From Macrostomum lignano (lineage: Eukaryota): a DNA stretch of 64,000 bases. Positions 20,101-35,100 of this stretch are shown one piece after another. A program made the translations under genes and the position numbers. Position 1 is the first letter of the stretch, and each line of letters begins with the position of its first letter. Location: contig NIVC01001014.1 in assembly GCA_002269645.1 (NCBI GenBank), positions 124,001-188,000 on the forward strand. Direction: 5' to 3'. The notes under the pieces are model-generated. The model was not told the origin of the DNA. It searched no databases and saw only the letters and a program-made list of their open reading frames with translations.

Positions 20101-23100
20101 AGCCAATCAAGCTGATAAAAAGCCAATCAAGCTGATGAAAGCCAATCAAGCTGATGAAAAGCCAATCAAGCTGATAAAAAGCCATTCAAGCTGATGAAGA
20201 GCCAATCAAGCTGATAAAAAGCTTTCAAGCTGATGAAGAGCCAATCAAGCTGATAAAAAGCCATTCAAGCTGATGAAGAGCCAATCAAGCTGATAAAAAG
20301 CCTTCAAGCTGATGAAGAGCCAATCAAGCTGATAAAAAGCCAGTCAAGCTGATGAAGAGCCAATCAAGCTGATAAAAAGCCATCAAGCTGATGAAAGCCA
20401 ATCAAGCTGATAAAAAGCCATTCAAGCTATGAAAAAGTCTTTCAAGCTGATGAAGAGCCAATCAAGCTGATAAAAAGCCATTCAAGCTGATGAAGAGCCA
20501 ATCAAGCTGATAAAAAGCCAGTCAAGCTGATGAAAAGCCATCAAGCTGATGAAAAAGCCATCAAGCTGATGAAAAACCAATCAAGCTGATGAAAAGCCAA
20601 TCAAGCTGATAAAAGCCAATCAAGCTGATGAAAAGCCAATCAAGCTGATAAAAGCCATCAAGCTGATAAAAAGTCTTTCAAGCTGATGAAGAGCCAATCA
20701 AGCTGATAAAAAGCCATTCAAGCTGATGAAGAGCCAATCAAGCTGATAAAAAGCCAGTCAAGCTGATGAAAAGCCAATCAAGCTGATAAAAAGCCATCAA
20801 GCTGATGAAGAGCCAATCAAGCTGATAAAAGCCATCAAGCTGATGAAGAGCCAATCAAGCTGATAAAAAGCTCAAGCTGATGAAGAGCCAATCAAGCTGA
20901 TAAAAAGCCATTCAAGCTGATGAAGAGCCAATCAAGCTGATAAAAAGCCTTCAAGCTGATGAAGAGCCAATCAAGCTGATAAAAAGCCATTCAAGCTGAT
21001 GAAGAGCCAATCAAGCTGATAAAAAGCCTTTCAAGCTGATGAAGAGCCAATCAAGCTGATAAAAAGCCATCAAGCTGATGAAGAGCCAATCAAGCTGATA
21101 AAAAGCCATTCAAGCTGATGAAAGCCAATCAAGCTGATAAAAAGCCAGTCAAGCTGATGAAAAGCCAATCAAGCTGATAAAAAGCCATCAAGCTGATGAA
21201 GAGCCAATCAAGCTGATAAAAAGCCAGTCAAGCTGATGAAAAGCCAATCAAGCTGATAAAAAGCCATTCAAGCTGATGAAAAGCCAATCAAGCTGATAAA
21301 AAGCCAGTCAAGCTGATGAAAGCCAATCAAGCTGATAAAAGCCAATCAAGCTGATGAAAAGCCAATCAAGCTGATAAAAAGCCATCAAGCTGATAAAAAG
21401 TCTTTCAAGCTGATGAAGAGCCAATCAAGCTGATAAAAAGCCATTCAAGCTGATGAAAGCCAATCAAGCTGATAAAAAGCCAGTCAAGCTGATGAAAAGC
21501 CAATCAAGCTGATAAAAAGCCATCAAGCTGATGAAGAGCCAATCAAGCTGATAAAAAGCCATCAAGCTGATGAAGAGCCAATCAAGCTGATAAAAAGCTC
21601 AAGCTGATGAAGAGCCAATCAAGCTGATAAAAAGCCATTCAAGCTGATGAAGAGCCAATCAAGCTGATAAAAAGCCAGTCAAGCTGATGAAAGCCAATCA
21701 AGCTGATAAAAAGCCATTCAAGCTGATGAAGAGCCAATCAAGCTGATAAAAAGCTTTCAAGCTGATGAAGAGCCAATCAAGCTGATAAAAAGCCATTCAA
21801 GCTGATGAAGAGCCAATCAAGCTGATAAAAAGCTTCAAGCTGATGAAGAGCCAATCAAGCTGATAAAAAGCCATCAAGCTGATGAAGAGCCAATCAAGCT
21901 GATAAAAAGCCATCAAGCTGATGAAAAGCCAATCAAGCTGATAAAAAGCCAGTCAAGCTGATGAAAAGCCAATCAAGCTGATAAAAAGCCATTCAAGCTG
22001 ATGAAGAGCCAATCAAGCTGATAAAAAGCCAGTCAAGCTGATGAAAAGCCAATCAAGCTGATAAAAAGCCATTCAAGCTGATGAAAGCCAATCAAGCTGA
22101 TAAAAAGCCATCAAGCTGATAAAAGCCAATCAAGCTGATGAAAAGCCATCAAGCTGATAAAAGCCAATCAAGCTGATAAAAAGCTCAAGCTGATGAAGAG
22201 CCAATCAAGCTGATAAAAGCCATTCAAGCTGATGAAGAGCCAATCAAGCTGATAAAAAGCCATCAAGCTGATGAAGAGCCAATCAAGCTGATAAAAAGTC
22301 AAGCTGATGAAGAGCCAATCAAGCTGATAAAAAGCCATCAAGCTGATGAAGAGCCAATCAAGCTGATAAAAAGTCTTTCAAGCTGATGAAGAGCCAATCA
22401 AGCTGATAAAAAGCCATTCAAGCTGATGAAAGCCAATCAAGCTGATAAAAAGCCAGTCAAGCTGATGAAAAGCCAATCAAGCTGATAAAAAGCCATCAAG
22501 CTGATGAAAGCCAATCAAGCTGATAAAAAGCCATCAAGCTGATGAAAAATCAAGCTGATGAAAGCCAATCAAGCTGATAAAAGCCATCAAGCTGATAAAA
22601 AGCCATCAAGCTGATGAAGAGCCAATCAAGCTGATAAAAAGCCATTCAAGCTGATGAAGAGCCAATCAAGCTGATAAAAAGCCATCAAGCTGATGAAAAG
22701 CCAATCAAGCTGATAAAAAGCCAGTCAAGCTGATGAAGAGCCAATCAAGCTGATAAAAAGCCAGTCAAGCTGATGAAAGCCAATCAAGCTGATAAAAAGC
22801 CAGTCAAGCTGATGAAAAGCCAATCAAGCTGATAAAAAGCCATTCAAGCTGATGAAGAGCCAATCAAGCTGATAAAAAGCCAGTCAAGCTGATGAAAAGC
22901 CAATCAAGCTGATAAAAAGCCATTCAAGCTGATGAAAGCCAATCAAGCTGATAAAAAGCCAGTCAAGCTGATGAAGCCAATCAAGCTGATAAAAAGCCAT
23001 CAAGCTGATGAAAAGCCAATCAAGCTGATAAAAAGCCATCAAGCTGATAAAAAGTCTCAAGCTGATGAAGAGCCAATCAAGCTGATAAAAAGCCATTCAA

Positions 23101-26100
23101 GCTGATGAAAAGCCAATCAAGCTGATAAAAAGCCATCAAGCTGATGAAAAACCATCAAGCTGATGAAAAAGCCAATCAAGCTGATGAAAAAGCCATCAAG
23201 CTGATGAAAAGCCAATCAAGCTGATAAAAGCCAATCAAGCTGATGAAAAGCCAATCAAGCTGATAAAAAGCCAATCAAGCTGATAAAAAGTCAAGCTGAT
23301 GAAAGCCAATCAAGCTGATAAAAAGCCATTCAAGCTGATGAAGAGCCAATCAAGCTGATAAAAAGCCAGTCAAGCTGATGAAAAGCCAATCAAGCTGATG
23401 AAAGCCAATCAAGCTGATAAAAAGCCAATCAAGCTGATGAAGAGCCAATCAAGCTGATAAAAAGCTTTCAAGCTGAGGAAGAGCCAATCAAGCTGATAAA
23501 AAGCCATTCAAGCTGATGAAGAGCCAATCAAGCTGATAAAAAGTCTTTCAAGCTGATGAAGAGCCAATCAAGCTGATAAAAAGCCATTCAAGCTGATGAA
23601 GAGCCAATCAAGCTGATAAAAAGCTTCAAGCTGATGAAGAGCCAATCAAGCTGATAAAAAGCCAGTCAAGCTGATGAAGAGCCAATCAAGCTGATAAAAA
23701 GCCATCAAGCTGATGAAAAGCCAATCAAGCTGATAAAAAGCCAGTCAAGCTGATGAAAAGCCAATCAAGCTGATAAAAAGCCATTCAAGCTGATGAAAGC
23801 CAATCAAGCTGATAAAAAGCCAGTCAAGCTGATGAAAAGCCAATCAAGCTGATAAAAAGCCATTCAAGCTGATAAAGCCAATCAAGCTGATAAAAAGCCA
23901 TCAAGCTGATGAAAGCCAATCAAGCTGATAAAAGCCAATCAAGCTGATGAAAGCCAATCAAGCTGATAAAAAGCCATCAAGCTGATAAAAAGCCAATCAA
24001 GCTGATGAAGAGCCAATCAAGCTGATAAAAAGCCATTCAAGCTGATGAAGAGCCAATCAAGCTGATAAAAAGCCAGTCAAGCTGATGAAAGCCAATCAAG
24101 CTGATAAAAAGCCATTCAAGCTGATGAAGAGCCAATCAAGCTGATAAAAAGCCATCAAGCTGATGAAGAGCCAATCAAGCTGATAAAAAGCCTTCAAGCT
24201 GATGAAGAGCCAATCAAGCTGATAAAAAGCCATTCAAGCTGATGAAGAGCCAATCAAGCTGATAAAAAGCCAGTCAAGCTGATGAAAGCCAATCAAGCTG
24301 ATAAAAAGCCATTCAAGCTGATGAAGAGCCAATCAAGCTGATAAAAAGCCAGCTGATGAAGAGCCAATCAAGCTGATAAAAAGCCATTCAAGCTGATGAA
24401 GAGCCAATCAAGCTGATAAAAAGTTCAAGCTGATGAAGAGCCAATCAAGCTGATAAAAAGCCAGTCAAGCTGATGAAAGCCAATCAAGCTGATAAAAAGC
24501 CAGTCAAGCTGATGAAAAGCCAATCAAGCTGATAAAAAGCCAGTCAAGCTGATGAAAGCCAATCAAGCTGATAAAAAGCCATCAAGCTGATGAAAGCCAA
24601 TCAAGCTGATAAAAAGCCATCAAGCTGATGAAAAGCCAATCAAGCTGATAAAAAGCCATCAAGCTGATGAAAGCCAATCAAGCTGATAAAAAGCCAATCA
24701 AGCTGATGAAAAGCCAATCAAGCTGATGAAAAGCCAATCAAGCTGATAAAAAGCCAATCAAGCTGATAAAAGCCAATCAAGCTGATGAAAGCCAATCAAG
24801 CTGATAAAAAGCCATTCAAGCTGATGAAGAGCCAATCAAGCTGATAAAAAGCCAGTCAAGCTGATGAAGAGCCAATCAAGCTGATAAAAAGCCATTCAAG
24901 CTGATGAAGAGCCAATCAAGCTGATAAAAAGCCATTCAAGCTGATGAAGAGCCAATCAAGCTGATAAAAAGCTTCAAGCTGATGAAGAGCCAATCAAGCT
25001 GATAAAAAGCCATTCAAGCTGATGAAGAGCCAATCAAGCTGATAAAAAGCCATCAAGCTGATGAAAGCCAATCAAGCTGATAAAAAGCCATTCAAGCTGA
25101 TGAAAAGCCAATCAAGCTGATAAAAAGCCATCAAGCTGATGAAAGCCAATCAAGCTGATAAAAAGCCATCAAGCTGATGAAAAGCCAATCAAGCTGATAA
25201 AAAGCCAGTCAAGCTGATGAAAGCCAATCAAGCTGATAAAAAGCCATTCAAGCTGATGAAAAGCCAATCAAGCTGATAAAAAGCCAGTCAAGCTGATGAA
25301 AAGCCAATCAAGCTGATAAAAAGCCATTCAAGCTGATGAAGAGCCAATCAAGCTGATAAAAAGCCATCAAGCTGATGAAGAGCCAATCAAGCTGATAAAA
25401 AGCCAAAGCTGATGAAGAGCCAATCAAGCTGATAAAAAGCCATTCAAGCTGATGAAGAGCCAATCAAGCTGATAAAAAGCCTTCAAGCTGATGAAGAGCC
25501 AATCAAGCTGATAAAAAGCCATTCAAGCTGATGAAGAGCCAATCAAGCTGATAAAAAGCCTTCAAGCTGATGAAGAGCCAATCAAGCTGATAAAAAGCCA
25601 TTCAAGCTGATGAAGAGCCAATCAAGCTGATAAAAAGCCAGTCAAGCTGATGAAAGCCAATCAAGCTGATAAAAAGCCAGTCAAGCTGATGAAAGCCAAT
25701 CAAGCTGATAAAAAGCCATTCAAGCTGATGAAGAGCCAATCAAGCTGATAAAAAGCCAGTCAAGCTGATGAAAAGCCAATCAAGCTGATAAAAAGCCATT
25801 CAAGCTGATGAAAGCCAATCAAGCTGATAAAAAGCCAGTCAAGCTGATGAAAAGCCAATCAAGCTGATAAAAGCCATCAAGCTGATGAAAAGCCAATCAA
25901 GCTGATAAAAAGCCATTCAAGCTGATGAAAGCCAATCAAGCTGATAAAAAGCCATCAAGCTGATGAAAGCCAATCAAGCTGATAAAAAGCCATCAAGCTG
26001 ATGAAAAGCCAATCAAGCTGATAAAAAGCCAATCAAGCTGATAAAAAGCCAATCAAGCTGATGAAGAGCCAATCAAGCTGATAAAAAGCCATTCAAGCTG

Positions 26101-29100
26101 ATGAAGAGCCAATCAAGCTGATAAAAAGCCATTCAAGCTGATGAAGAGCCAATCAAGCTGATAAAAAGCCAGTCAAGCTGATGAAAGCCAATCAAGCTGA
26201 TAAAAAGCCATTCAAGCTGATGAAGAGCCAATCAAGCTGATAAAAAGCCATTCAAGCTGATGAAGAGCCAATCAAGCTGATAAAAAGCCATTCAAGCTGA
26301 TGAAGAGCCAATCAAGCTGATAAAAAGCCATTCAAGCTGATGAAGAGCCAATCAAGCTGATAAAAAGCCATTCAAGCTGATGAAGAGCCAATCAAGCTGA
26401 TAAAAAGCCATTCAAGCTGATGAAGAGCCAATCAAGCTGATAAAAAGCCATTCAAGCTGATGAAGAGCCAATCAAGCTGATAAAAAGCCATCAAGCTGAT
26501 GAAGAGCCAATCAAGCTGATAAAAAGCCATCAAGCTGATGAAGAGCCAATCAAGCTGATAAAAAGCCATTCAAGCTGATGAAAAGCCAATCAAGCTGATA
26601 AAAAGCCATCAAGCTGATGAAGAGCCAATCAAGCTGATAAAAAGCCATTCAAGCTGATGAAGAGCCAATCAAGCTGATAAAAAGCCAGTCAAGCTGATGA
26701 AAGCCAATCAAGCTGATAAAAAGCCATCAAGCTGATGAAAGCCAATCAAGCTGATAAAAAGCCATCAAGCTGATGAAAGCCAATCAAGCTGATAAAAAGC
26801 CAGTCAAGCTGATGAAAGCCAATCAAGCTGATAAAAAGCCTTCAAGCTGATGAAGAGCCAATCAAGCTGATAAAAAGCCATTCAAGCTGATGAAGAGCCA
26901 ATCAAGCTGATAAAAAGCCAGTCAAGCTGATGAAAGCCAATCAAGCTGATAAAAAGCCAGTCAAGCTGATGAAGAGCCAATCAAGCTGATAAAAAGCCAT
27001 TCAAGCTGATGAAGAGCCAATCAAGCTGATAAAAAGCCAGTCAAGCTGATGAAAGCCAATCAAGCTGATAAAAAGCCAGTCAAGCTGATGAAAGCCAATC
27101 AAGCTGATAAAAAGCCAGTCAAGCTGATGAAAGCCAATCAAGCTGATAAAAAGCCATTCAAGCTGATGAAGAGCCAATCAAGCTGATAAAAAGCCATTCA
27201 AGCTGATGAAGAGCCAATCAAGCTGATAAAAAGCCATCAAGCTGATGAAAAGCCAATCAAGCTGATAAAAAGCCAGTCAAGCTGATGAAAAGCCAATCAA
27301 GCTGATAAAAAGCCATCAAGCTGATGAAGAGCCAATCAAGCTGATAAAAAGCCATTCAAGCTGATGAAGAGCCAATCAAGCTGATAAAAAGCTTTCAAGC
27401 TGATGAAGAGCCAATCAAGCTGATAAAAAGCCATTCAAGCTGATGAAGAGCCAATCAAGCTGATAAAAAGCCAGTCAAGCTGATGAAAAGCCAATCAAGC
27501 TGATAAAAAGCCATTCAAGCTGATGAAGAGCCAATCAAGCTGATAAAAAGCCATCAAGCTGATGAAGAGCCAATCAAGCTGATAAAAAGCCATTCAAGCT
27601 GATGAAGAGCCAATCAAGCTGATAAAAAGCCATTTCAAGCTGATGAAGAGCCAATCAAGCTGATAAAAAGCCATTCAAGCTGATGAAAGCCAATCAAGCT
27701 GATAAAAAGCCATCAAGCTGATGAAGAGCCAATCAAGCTGATAAAAAGCTCAAGCTGATGAAGAGCCAATCAAGCTGATAAAAAGCCATTCAAGCTGATG
27801 AAGAGCCAATCAAGCTGATAAAAAGTCTCAAGCTGATGAAGAGCCAATCAAGCTGATAAAAAGCCATTCAAGCTGATGAAAAGCCAATCAAGCTGATAAA
27901 AAGCCAATCAAGCTGATAAAAAGCCAATCAAGCTGATGAAAGCCAATCAAGCTGATAAAAGCCAATCAAGCTGATGAAAAAGCCAATCAAGCTGATAAAA
28001 GCCAATCAAGCTGATAAAAAGCTTCAAGCTGATGAAGAGCCAATCAAGCTGATAAAAAGCCATTCAAGCTGATGAAGAGCCAATCAAGCTGATAAAAAGC
28101 CAGTCAAGCTGATGAAAAGCCAATCAAGCTGATGAAAGCCAATCAAGCTGATAAAAAGCCAATCAAGCTGATGAAGAGCCAATCAAGCTGATAAAAAGCT
28201 CAAGCTGATGAAGAGCCAATCAAGCTGATAAAAAGCCATTCAAGCTGATGAAGAGCCAATCAAGCTGATAAAAAGCTTTCAAGCTGATGAAGAGCCAATC
28301 AAGCTGATAAAAAGCCATTCAAGCTGATGAAGAGCCAATCAAGCTGATAAAAAGCTTTCAAGCTGATGAAAGCCAATCAAGCTGATAAAAAGCCAGTCAA
28401 GCTGATGAAGAAGCCAATCAAGCTGATAAAAAGCCAGTCAAGCTGATGAAAAGCCAATCAAGCTGATAAAAAGCCAGTCAAGCTGATGAAAAGCCAATCA
28501 AGCTGATAAAAAGCCATCAAGCTGATGAAGAGCCAATCAAGCTGATAAAAAGCCAGTCAAGCTGATGAAAGCCAATCAAGCTGATAAAAAGCCATTCAAG
28601 CTGATAAAAGCCAATCAAGCTGATAAAAAGCCAGTCAAGCTGATGAAAAGCCAATCAAGCTGATAAAAGCCAATCAAGCTGATGAAAAGCCAATCAAGCT
28701 GATAAAAAGCCATCAAGCTATAAAAAGTCTCAAGCTGATGAAGAGCCAATCAAGCTGATAAAAAGCCATTCAAGCTGATGAAGAGCCAATCAAGCTGATA
28801 AAAAGCCAGTCAAGCTGATGAAAAGCCAATCAAGCTGATAAAAAGCCATCAAGCTGATGAAGAGCCAATCAAGCTGATAAAAAGCCATCAAGCTGATGAA
28901 GAGCCAATCAAGCTGATAAAAAGTCTTCAAGCTGATGAAGAGCCAATCAAGCTGATAAAAAGCCATTCAAGCTGATGAAGAGCCAATCAAGCTGATAAAA
29001 AGCCAGTCAAGCTGATGAAAAGCCAATCAAGCTGATAAAAAGCCATCAAGCTGATGAAAGCCAATCAAGCTGATAAAAAGCCATTCAAGCTGATGAAGAG

Positions 29101-32100
29101 CCAATCAAGCTGATAAAAAGCCATCAAGCTGATGAAAGCCAATCAAGCTGATAAAAAGCCAGTTCAAGCTGATGAAAGCCAATCAAGCTGATAAAAAGCC
29201 ATCAAGCTGATGAAAGCCAATCAAGCTGATAAAAAGCCATCAAGCTGATGAAAAGCCAATCAAGCTGATAAAAAGCCATCAAGCTGATGAAAAGCCAATC
29301 AAGCTGATAAAAAGCCATTCAAGCTGATGAAGAGCCAATCAAGCTGATAAAAAGCCATCAAGCTGATGAAAAGCCAATCAAGCTGATAAAAAGCCATCAA
29401 GCTGATAAAAAGCCAATCAAGCTGATGAAAAGCCAATCAAGCTGATAAAAGCCAATCAAGCTGATGAAAAATCAAGCTGATAAAGCCATCAAGCTGATAA
29501 AAAGCTTTCAAGCTGATGAAGAGCCAATCAAGCTGATAAAAAGCCATTCAAGCTGATGAAAGCCAATCAAGCTGATAAAAAGCCAGTCAAGCTGATGAAA
29601 GCCAATCAAGCTGATAAAAAGTCAAGCTGATGAAGAGCCAATCAAGCTGATAAAAAGCCATTCAAGCTGATGAAGAGCCAATCAAGCTGATAAAAAGCCA
29701 TTCAAGCTGATGAAGAGCCAATCAAGCTGATAAAAAGCCATTCAAGCTGATGAAGAGCCAATCAAGCTGATAAAAAGCCATCAAGCTGATGAAAGCCAAT
29801 CAAGCTGATAAAAAGCCAGTCAAGCTGATGAAAAGCCAATCAAGCTGATAAAAAGCCATTCAAGCTGATGAAGAGCCAATCAAGCTGATAAAAAGCCATC
29901 AAGCTGATGAAAGCCAATCAAGCTGATAAAAAGCCATCAAGCTGATGAAAAGCCAATCAAGCTGATAAAAAGCCATTCAAGCTGATGAAGAGCCAATCAA
30001 GCTGATAAAAAGCCAGTCAAGCTGATGAAAGCCAATCAAGCTGATAAAAGCCATCAAGCTGATGAAGAGCCAATCAAGCTGATAAAAAGCCATTCAAGCT
30101 GATGAAGAGCCAATCAAGCTGATAAAAAGCTTCAAGCTGATGAAGAGCCAATCAAGCTGATAAAAAGCCATTCAAGCTGATGAAAGCCAATCAAGCTGAT
30201 AAAAAGCTTCAAGCTGATGAAGAGCCAATCAAGCTGATAAAAAGCCATTCAAGCTGATGAAGAGCCAATCAAGCTGATAAAAAGCCAGTTCAAGCTGATG
30301 AAGAGCCAATCAAGCTGATAAAAAGCCAGTCAAGCTGATGAAGAGCCAATCAAGCTGATAAAAAGCCAGTCAAGCTGATGAAAAGCCAATCAAGCTGATA
30401 AAAAGCCATCAAGCTGATGAAAAGCCAATCAAGCTGATAAAAAGCCATTCAAGCTGATGAAGAGCCAATCAAGCTGATAAAAAGCCAGTCAAGCTGATGA
30501 AAAGCCAATCAAGCTGATAAAAAGCCATTCAAGCTGATGAAAAGCCAATCAAGCTGATAAAAAGCCAGTCAAGCTGATGAAAAGCCAATCAAGCTGATAA
30601 AAGCCAATCAAGCTGATGAAAAGCCAATCAAGCTGATAAAAAGCCATCAAGCTGATAAAAAGTCTTCAAGCTGATGAAGAGCCAATCAAGCTGATAAAAA
30701 GCCATTCAAGCTGATGAAGAGCCAATCAAGCTGATAAAAAGCCAGTCAAGCTGATGAAAAGCCAATCAAGCTGATAAAAAGCCATCAAGCTGATGAAAGC
30801 CAATCAAGCTGATGAAAAGCCAATCAAGCTGATAAAAAGCCATCAAGCTGATGAAGAGCCAATCAAGCTGATAAAAAGTCTTCAAGCTGATGAAGAGCCA
30901 ATCAAGCTGATAAAAAGCTTCAAGCTGATGAAAGCCAATCAAGCTGATAAAAAGCCAGTCAAGCTGATGAAAGCCAATCAAGCTGATAAAAAGCCAGTCA
31001 AGCTGATGAAAAGCCAATCAAGCTGATAAAAAGCCATTCAAGCTGATGAAGAGCCAATCAAGCTGATAAAAAGCCATCAAGCTGATGAAAAGCCAATCAA
31101 GCTGATAAAAAGCCATCAAGCTGATAAAAGCCAATCAAGCTGATGAAAAAGCCAATCAAGCTGATAAAAGCCAATCAAGCTGATAAAAAGCCAATCAAGC
31201 TGATGAAAGCCAATCAAGCTGATAAAAAGTCTTTCAAGCTGATGAAGAGCCAATCAAGCTGATAAAAAGCCATTCAAGCTGATGAAGAGCCAATCAAGCT
31301 GATAAAAAGCCAGTCAAGCTGATGAAAAGCCAATCAAGCTGATAAAAAGTCAAGCTGATGAAAGCCATCAAGCTGATGAAGAGCCAATCAAGCTGATAAA
31401 AGCTTCAAGCTGATGAAGAGCCAATCAAGCTGATAAAAAGCCATTCAAGCTGATGAAAAACCAATCAAGCTGATAAAAACCAGTCAAGCTGATGAAAAGC
31501 CAATCAAGCTGATAAAAAGCCAGTCAAGCTGATGAAAAGCCAATCAAGCTGATAAAAGCCAATCAAGCTGATGAAAAGCCAATCAAGCTGATAAAAAGCC
31601 AATCAAGCTGATAAAAAGCCATTCAAGCTGATGAAGAGCCAATCAAGCTGATAAAAAGTCTTTCAAGCTGATGAAGAGCCAATCAAGCTGATAAAAAGCC
31701 ATTCAAGCTGATGAAGCCAATCAAGCTGATAAAAAGCCTCAAGCTGATGAAGAGCCAATCAAGCTGATAAAAAGCCAGTCAAGCTGATGAAGAGCCAATC
31801 AAGCTGATAAAAAGCCAGTCAAGCTGATGAAAAGCCAATCAAGCTGATAAAAAGCCATTCAAGCTGATGAAAAGCCAATCAAGCTGATAAAAAGCCATCA
31901 AGCTGATGAAGAGCCAATCAAGCTGATAAAAAGCCATCAAGCTGATGAAAAGCCAATCAAGCTGATAAAAAGCCATTCAAGCTGATGAAAGCCAATCAAG
32001 CTGATAAAAAGCCAGTCAAGCTGATGAAGGCCAATCAAGCTGATAAAAGCCAATCAAGCTGATGAAAAGCCAATCAAGCTGATAAAAAGCCATCAAGCTG

Positions 32101-35100
32101 ATAAAAAGTCTTCAAGCTGATGAAGAGCCAATCAAGCTGATAAAAAGCCATTCAAGCTGATGAAAACCAATCAAGCTGATGAAAAAGCCAGTCAAGCTGA
32201 TGAAAAACCAGTCAAGCTGATGAAAAGCCAATCAAGCTGATGAAAAAGCCAATCAAGCTGATGAAAAGCCAATCAAGCTGATAAAAGCCAATCAAGCTGA
32301 TGAAAAGCCAATCAAGCTGATAAAAAGCCATCAAGCTATAAAAAGTCTTTCAAGCTGATGAAGAGCCAATCAAGCTGATAAAAAGCCATTCAAGCTGATG
32401 AAGAGCCAATCAAGCTGATAAAAAGCCAGTCAAGCTGATGAAAAGCCAATCAAGCTGATAAAAAGCCATCAAGCTGATGAAGAGCCAATCAAGCTGATAA
32501 AAAGCCAATCAAGCTGATGAAAGCCAATCAAGCTGATGAAAAGCCAATCAAGCTGATAAAAAGCCAATCAAGCTGATGAAGAGCCAATCAAGCTGATAAA
32601 AAGCCATCAAGCTGATGAAGAGCCAATCAAGCTGATAAAAAGCTTTCAAGCTGATGAAGAGCCAATCAAGCTGATAAAAAGCCATCAAGCTGATGAAGAG
32701 CCAATCAAGCTGATAAAAAGCCAGTCAAGCTGATGAAGAGCCAATCAAGCTGATAAAAAGCCATTCAAGCTGATGAAGAGCCAATCAAGCTGATAAAAAG
32801 CTTTCAAGCTGATGAAGAGCCAATCAAGCTGATAAAAAGCCATTCAAGCTGATGAAGAGCCAATCAAGCTGATAAAAAGCTTTCAAGCTGATGAAGAGCC
32901 AATCAAGCTGATAAAAAGCCAGTCAAGCTGATGAAAGCCAATCAAGCTGATAAAAAGCCAGTCAAGCTGATGAAAGCCAATCAAGCTGATAAAAAGCCAT
33001 CAAGCTGATGAAAGCCAATCAAGCTGATAAAAAGCCATTCAAGCTGATGAAGAGCCAATCAAGCTGATAAAAAGCCAGTCAAGCTGATGAAAAGCCAATC
33101 AAGCTGATAAAAAGCCATTCAAGCTGATGAAAAGCCAATCAAGCTGATAAAAAGCCATCAAGCTGATGAAAAGCCAATCAAGCTGATAAAAAGCCATTCA
33201 AGCTGATGAAAAGCCAATCAAGCTGATAAAAAGCCATTCAAGCTAATAAAAAGTCTTTCAAGCTGATGAAGAGCCAATCAAGCTGATAAAAAGCCATTCA
33301 AGCTGATGAAGAGCCAATCAAGCTGATAAAAAGCCAGTCAAGCTGATGAAAAGCCAATCAAGCTGATAAAAAGCCATCAAGCTGATGAAGAGCCAATCAA
33401 GCTGATAAAAAGCCATCAAGCTGATGAAGAGCCAATCAAGCTGATAAAAAGCTTCAAGCTGATGAAGAGCCAATCAAGCTGATAAAAAGCCATTCAAGCT
33501 GATGAAGAGCCAATCAAGCTGATAAAAGCCAGTCAAGCTGATGAAAGCCAATCAAGCTGATAAAAAGCCATTCAAGCTGATGAAGAGCCAATCAAGCTGA
33601 TAAAAAGCCATTCAAGCTGATGAAGAGCCAATCAAGCTGATAAAAAGCCAGTCAAGCTGATGAAAGCCAATCAAGCTGATAAAAAGCCATTCAAGCTGAT
33701 GAAGAGCCAATCAAGCTGATAAAAAGCTTTCAAGCTGATGAAGAGCCAATCAAGCTGATAAAAAGCCATCAAGCTGATGAAGAGCCAATCAAGCTGATAA
33801 AAGCTTTCAAGCTGATGAAGAGCCAATCAAGCTGATAAAAAGCCATCAAGCTGATGAAGAGCCAATCAAGCTGATAAAAAGCCAGTCAAGCTGATGAAAA
33901 GCCAATCAAGCTGATAAAAAGCCATCAAGCTGATGAAAGCCAATCAAGCTGATAAAAAGCCATTCAAGCTGATGAAAGCCAATCAAGCTGATAAAAAGCC
34001 AGTCAAGCTGATGAAAAGCCAATCAAGCTGATAAAAAGCCATTCAAGCTGATAAAAGCCAATCAAGCTGATGAAAAGCCAATCAAGCTGATAAAAGCCAA
34101 TCAAGCTGATGAAAAGCCAATCAAGCTGATAAAAAGCCATCAAGCTGATAAAAAGTCAAGCTGATGAAGAGCCAATCAAGCTGATAAAAAGCCATTCAAG
34201 CTGATGAAGAGCCAATCAAGCTGATAAAAAGCCAGTCAAGCTGATGAAAAGCCAATCAAGCTGATAAAAAGTCAAGCTGATGAAAGCCATCAAGCTGATG
34301 AAAGCCAATCAAGCTGATAAAAAGTCTTTCAAGCTGATGAAGAGCCAATCAAGCTGATAAAAAGCCATTCAAGCTGATGAAAAGCCAATCAAGCTGATGA
34401 AAAAGCCAGTCAAGCTGATGAAAAAGCCAATCAAGCTGATGAAAAAGCCAATCAAGCTGATAAAAAGCCAGTCAAGCTGATGAAAAGCCAATCAAGCTGA
34501 TAAAAGCCAATCAAGCTGATGAAAAGCCAATCAAGCTGATAAAAAGCCATCAAGCTGATAAAAAGTCTTTCAAGCTGATGAAGAGCCAATCAAGCTGATA
34601 AAAAGCCATTCAAGCTGATGAAGAGCCAATCAAGCTGATAAAAAGCCAGTCAAGCTGATGAAAAGCCAATCAAGCTGATAAAAAGCCATCAAGCTGATAA
34701 AAAGCCAGTCAAGCTGATGAAAAGCCAATCAAGCTGATAAAAGCCAATCAAGCTGATAAAAGCCAATCAAGCTGATGAAAAGCCAATCAAGCTGATAAAA
34801 AGCCATCCAATCAAGCTGATAAAAAGCCATTCAAGCTGATGAAGAGCCAATCAAGCTGATAAAAAGCCAGTCAAGCTGATGAAGAGCCAATCAAGCTGAT
34901 AAAAAGCCATCAAGCTGATGAAGAGCCAATCAAGCTGATAAAAAGCCATCAAGCTGATGAAGAGCCAATCAAGCTGATAAAAAGCTTCAAGCTGATGAAG
35001 AGCCAATCAAGCTGATAAAAAGCCATTCAAGCTGATGAAGAGCCAATCAAGCTGATAAAAAGCCAGTCAAGCTGATGAAGAGCCAATCAAGCTGATAAAA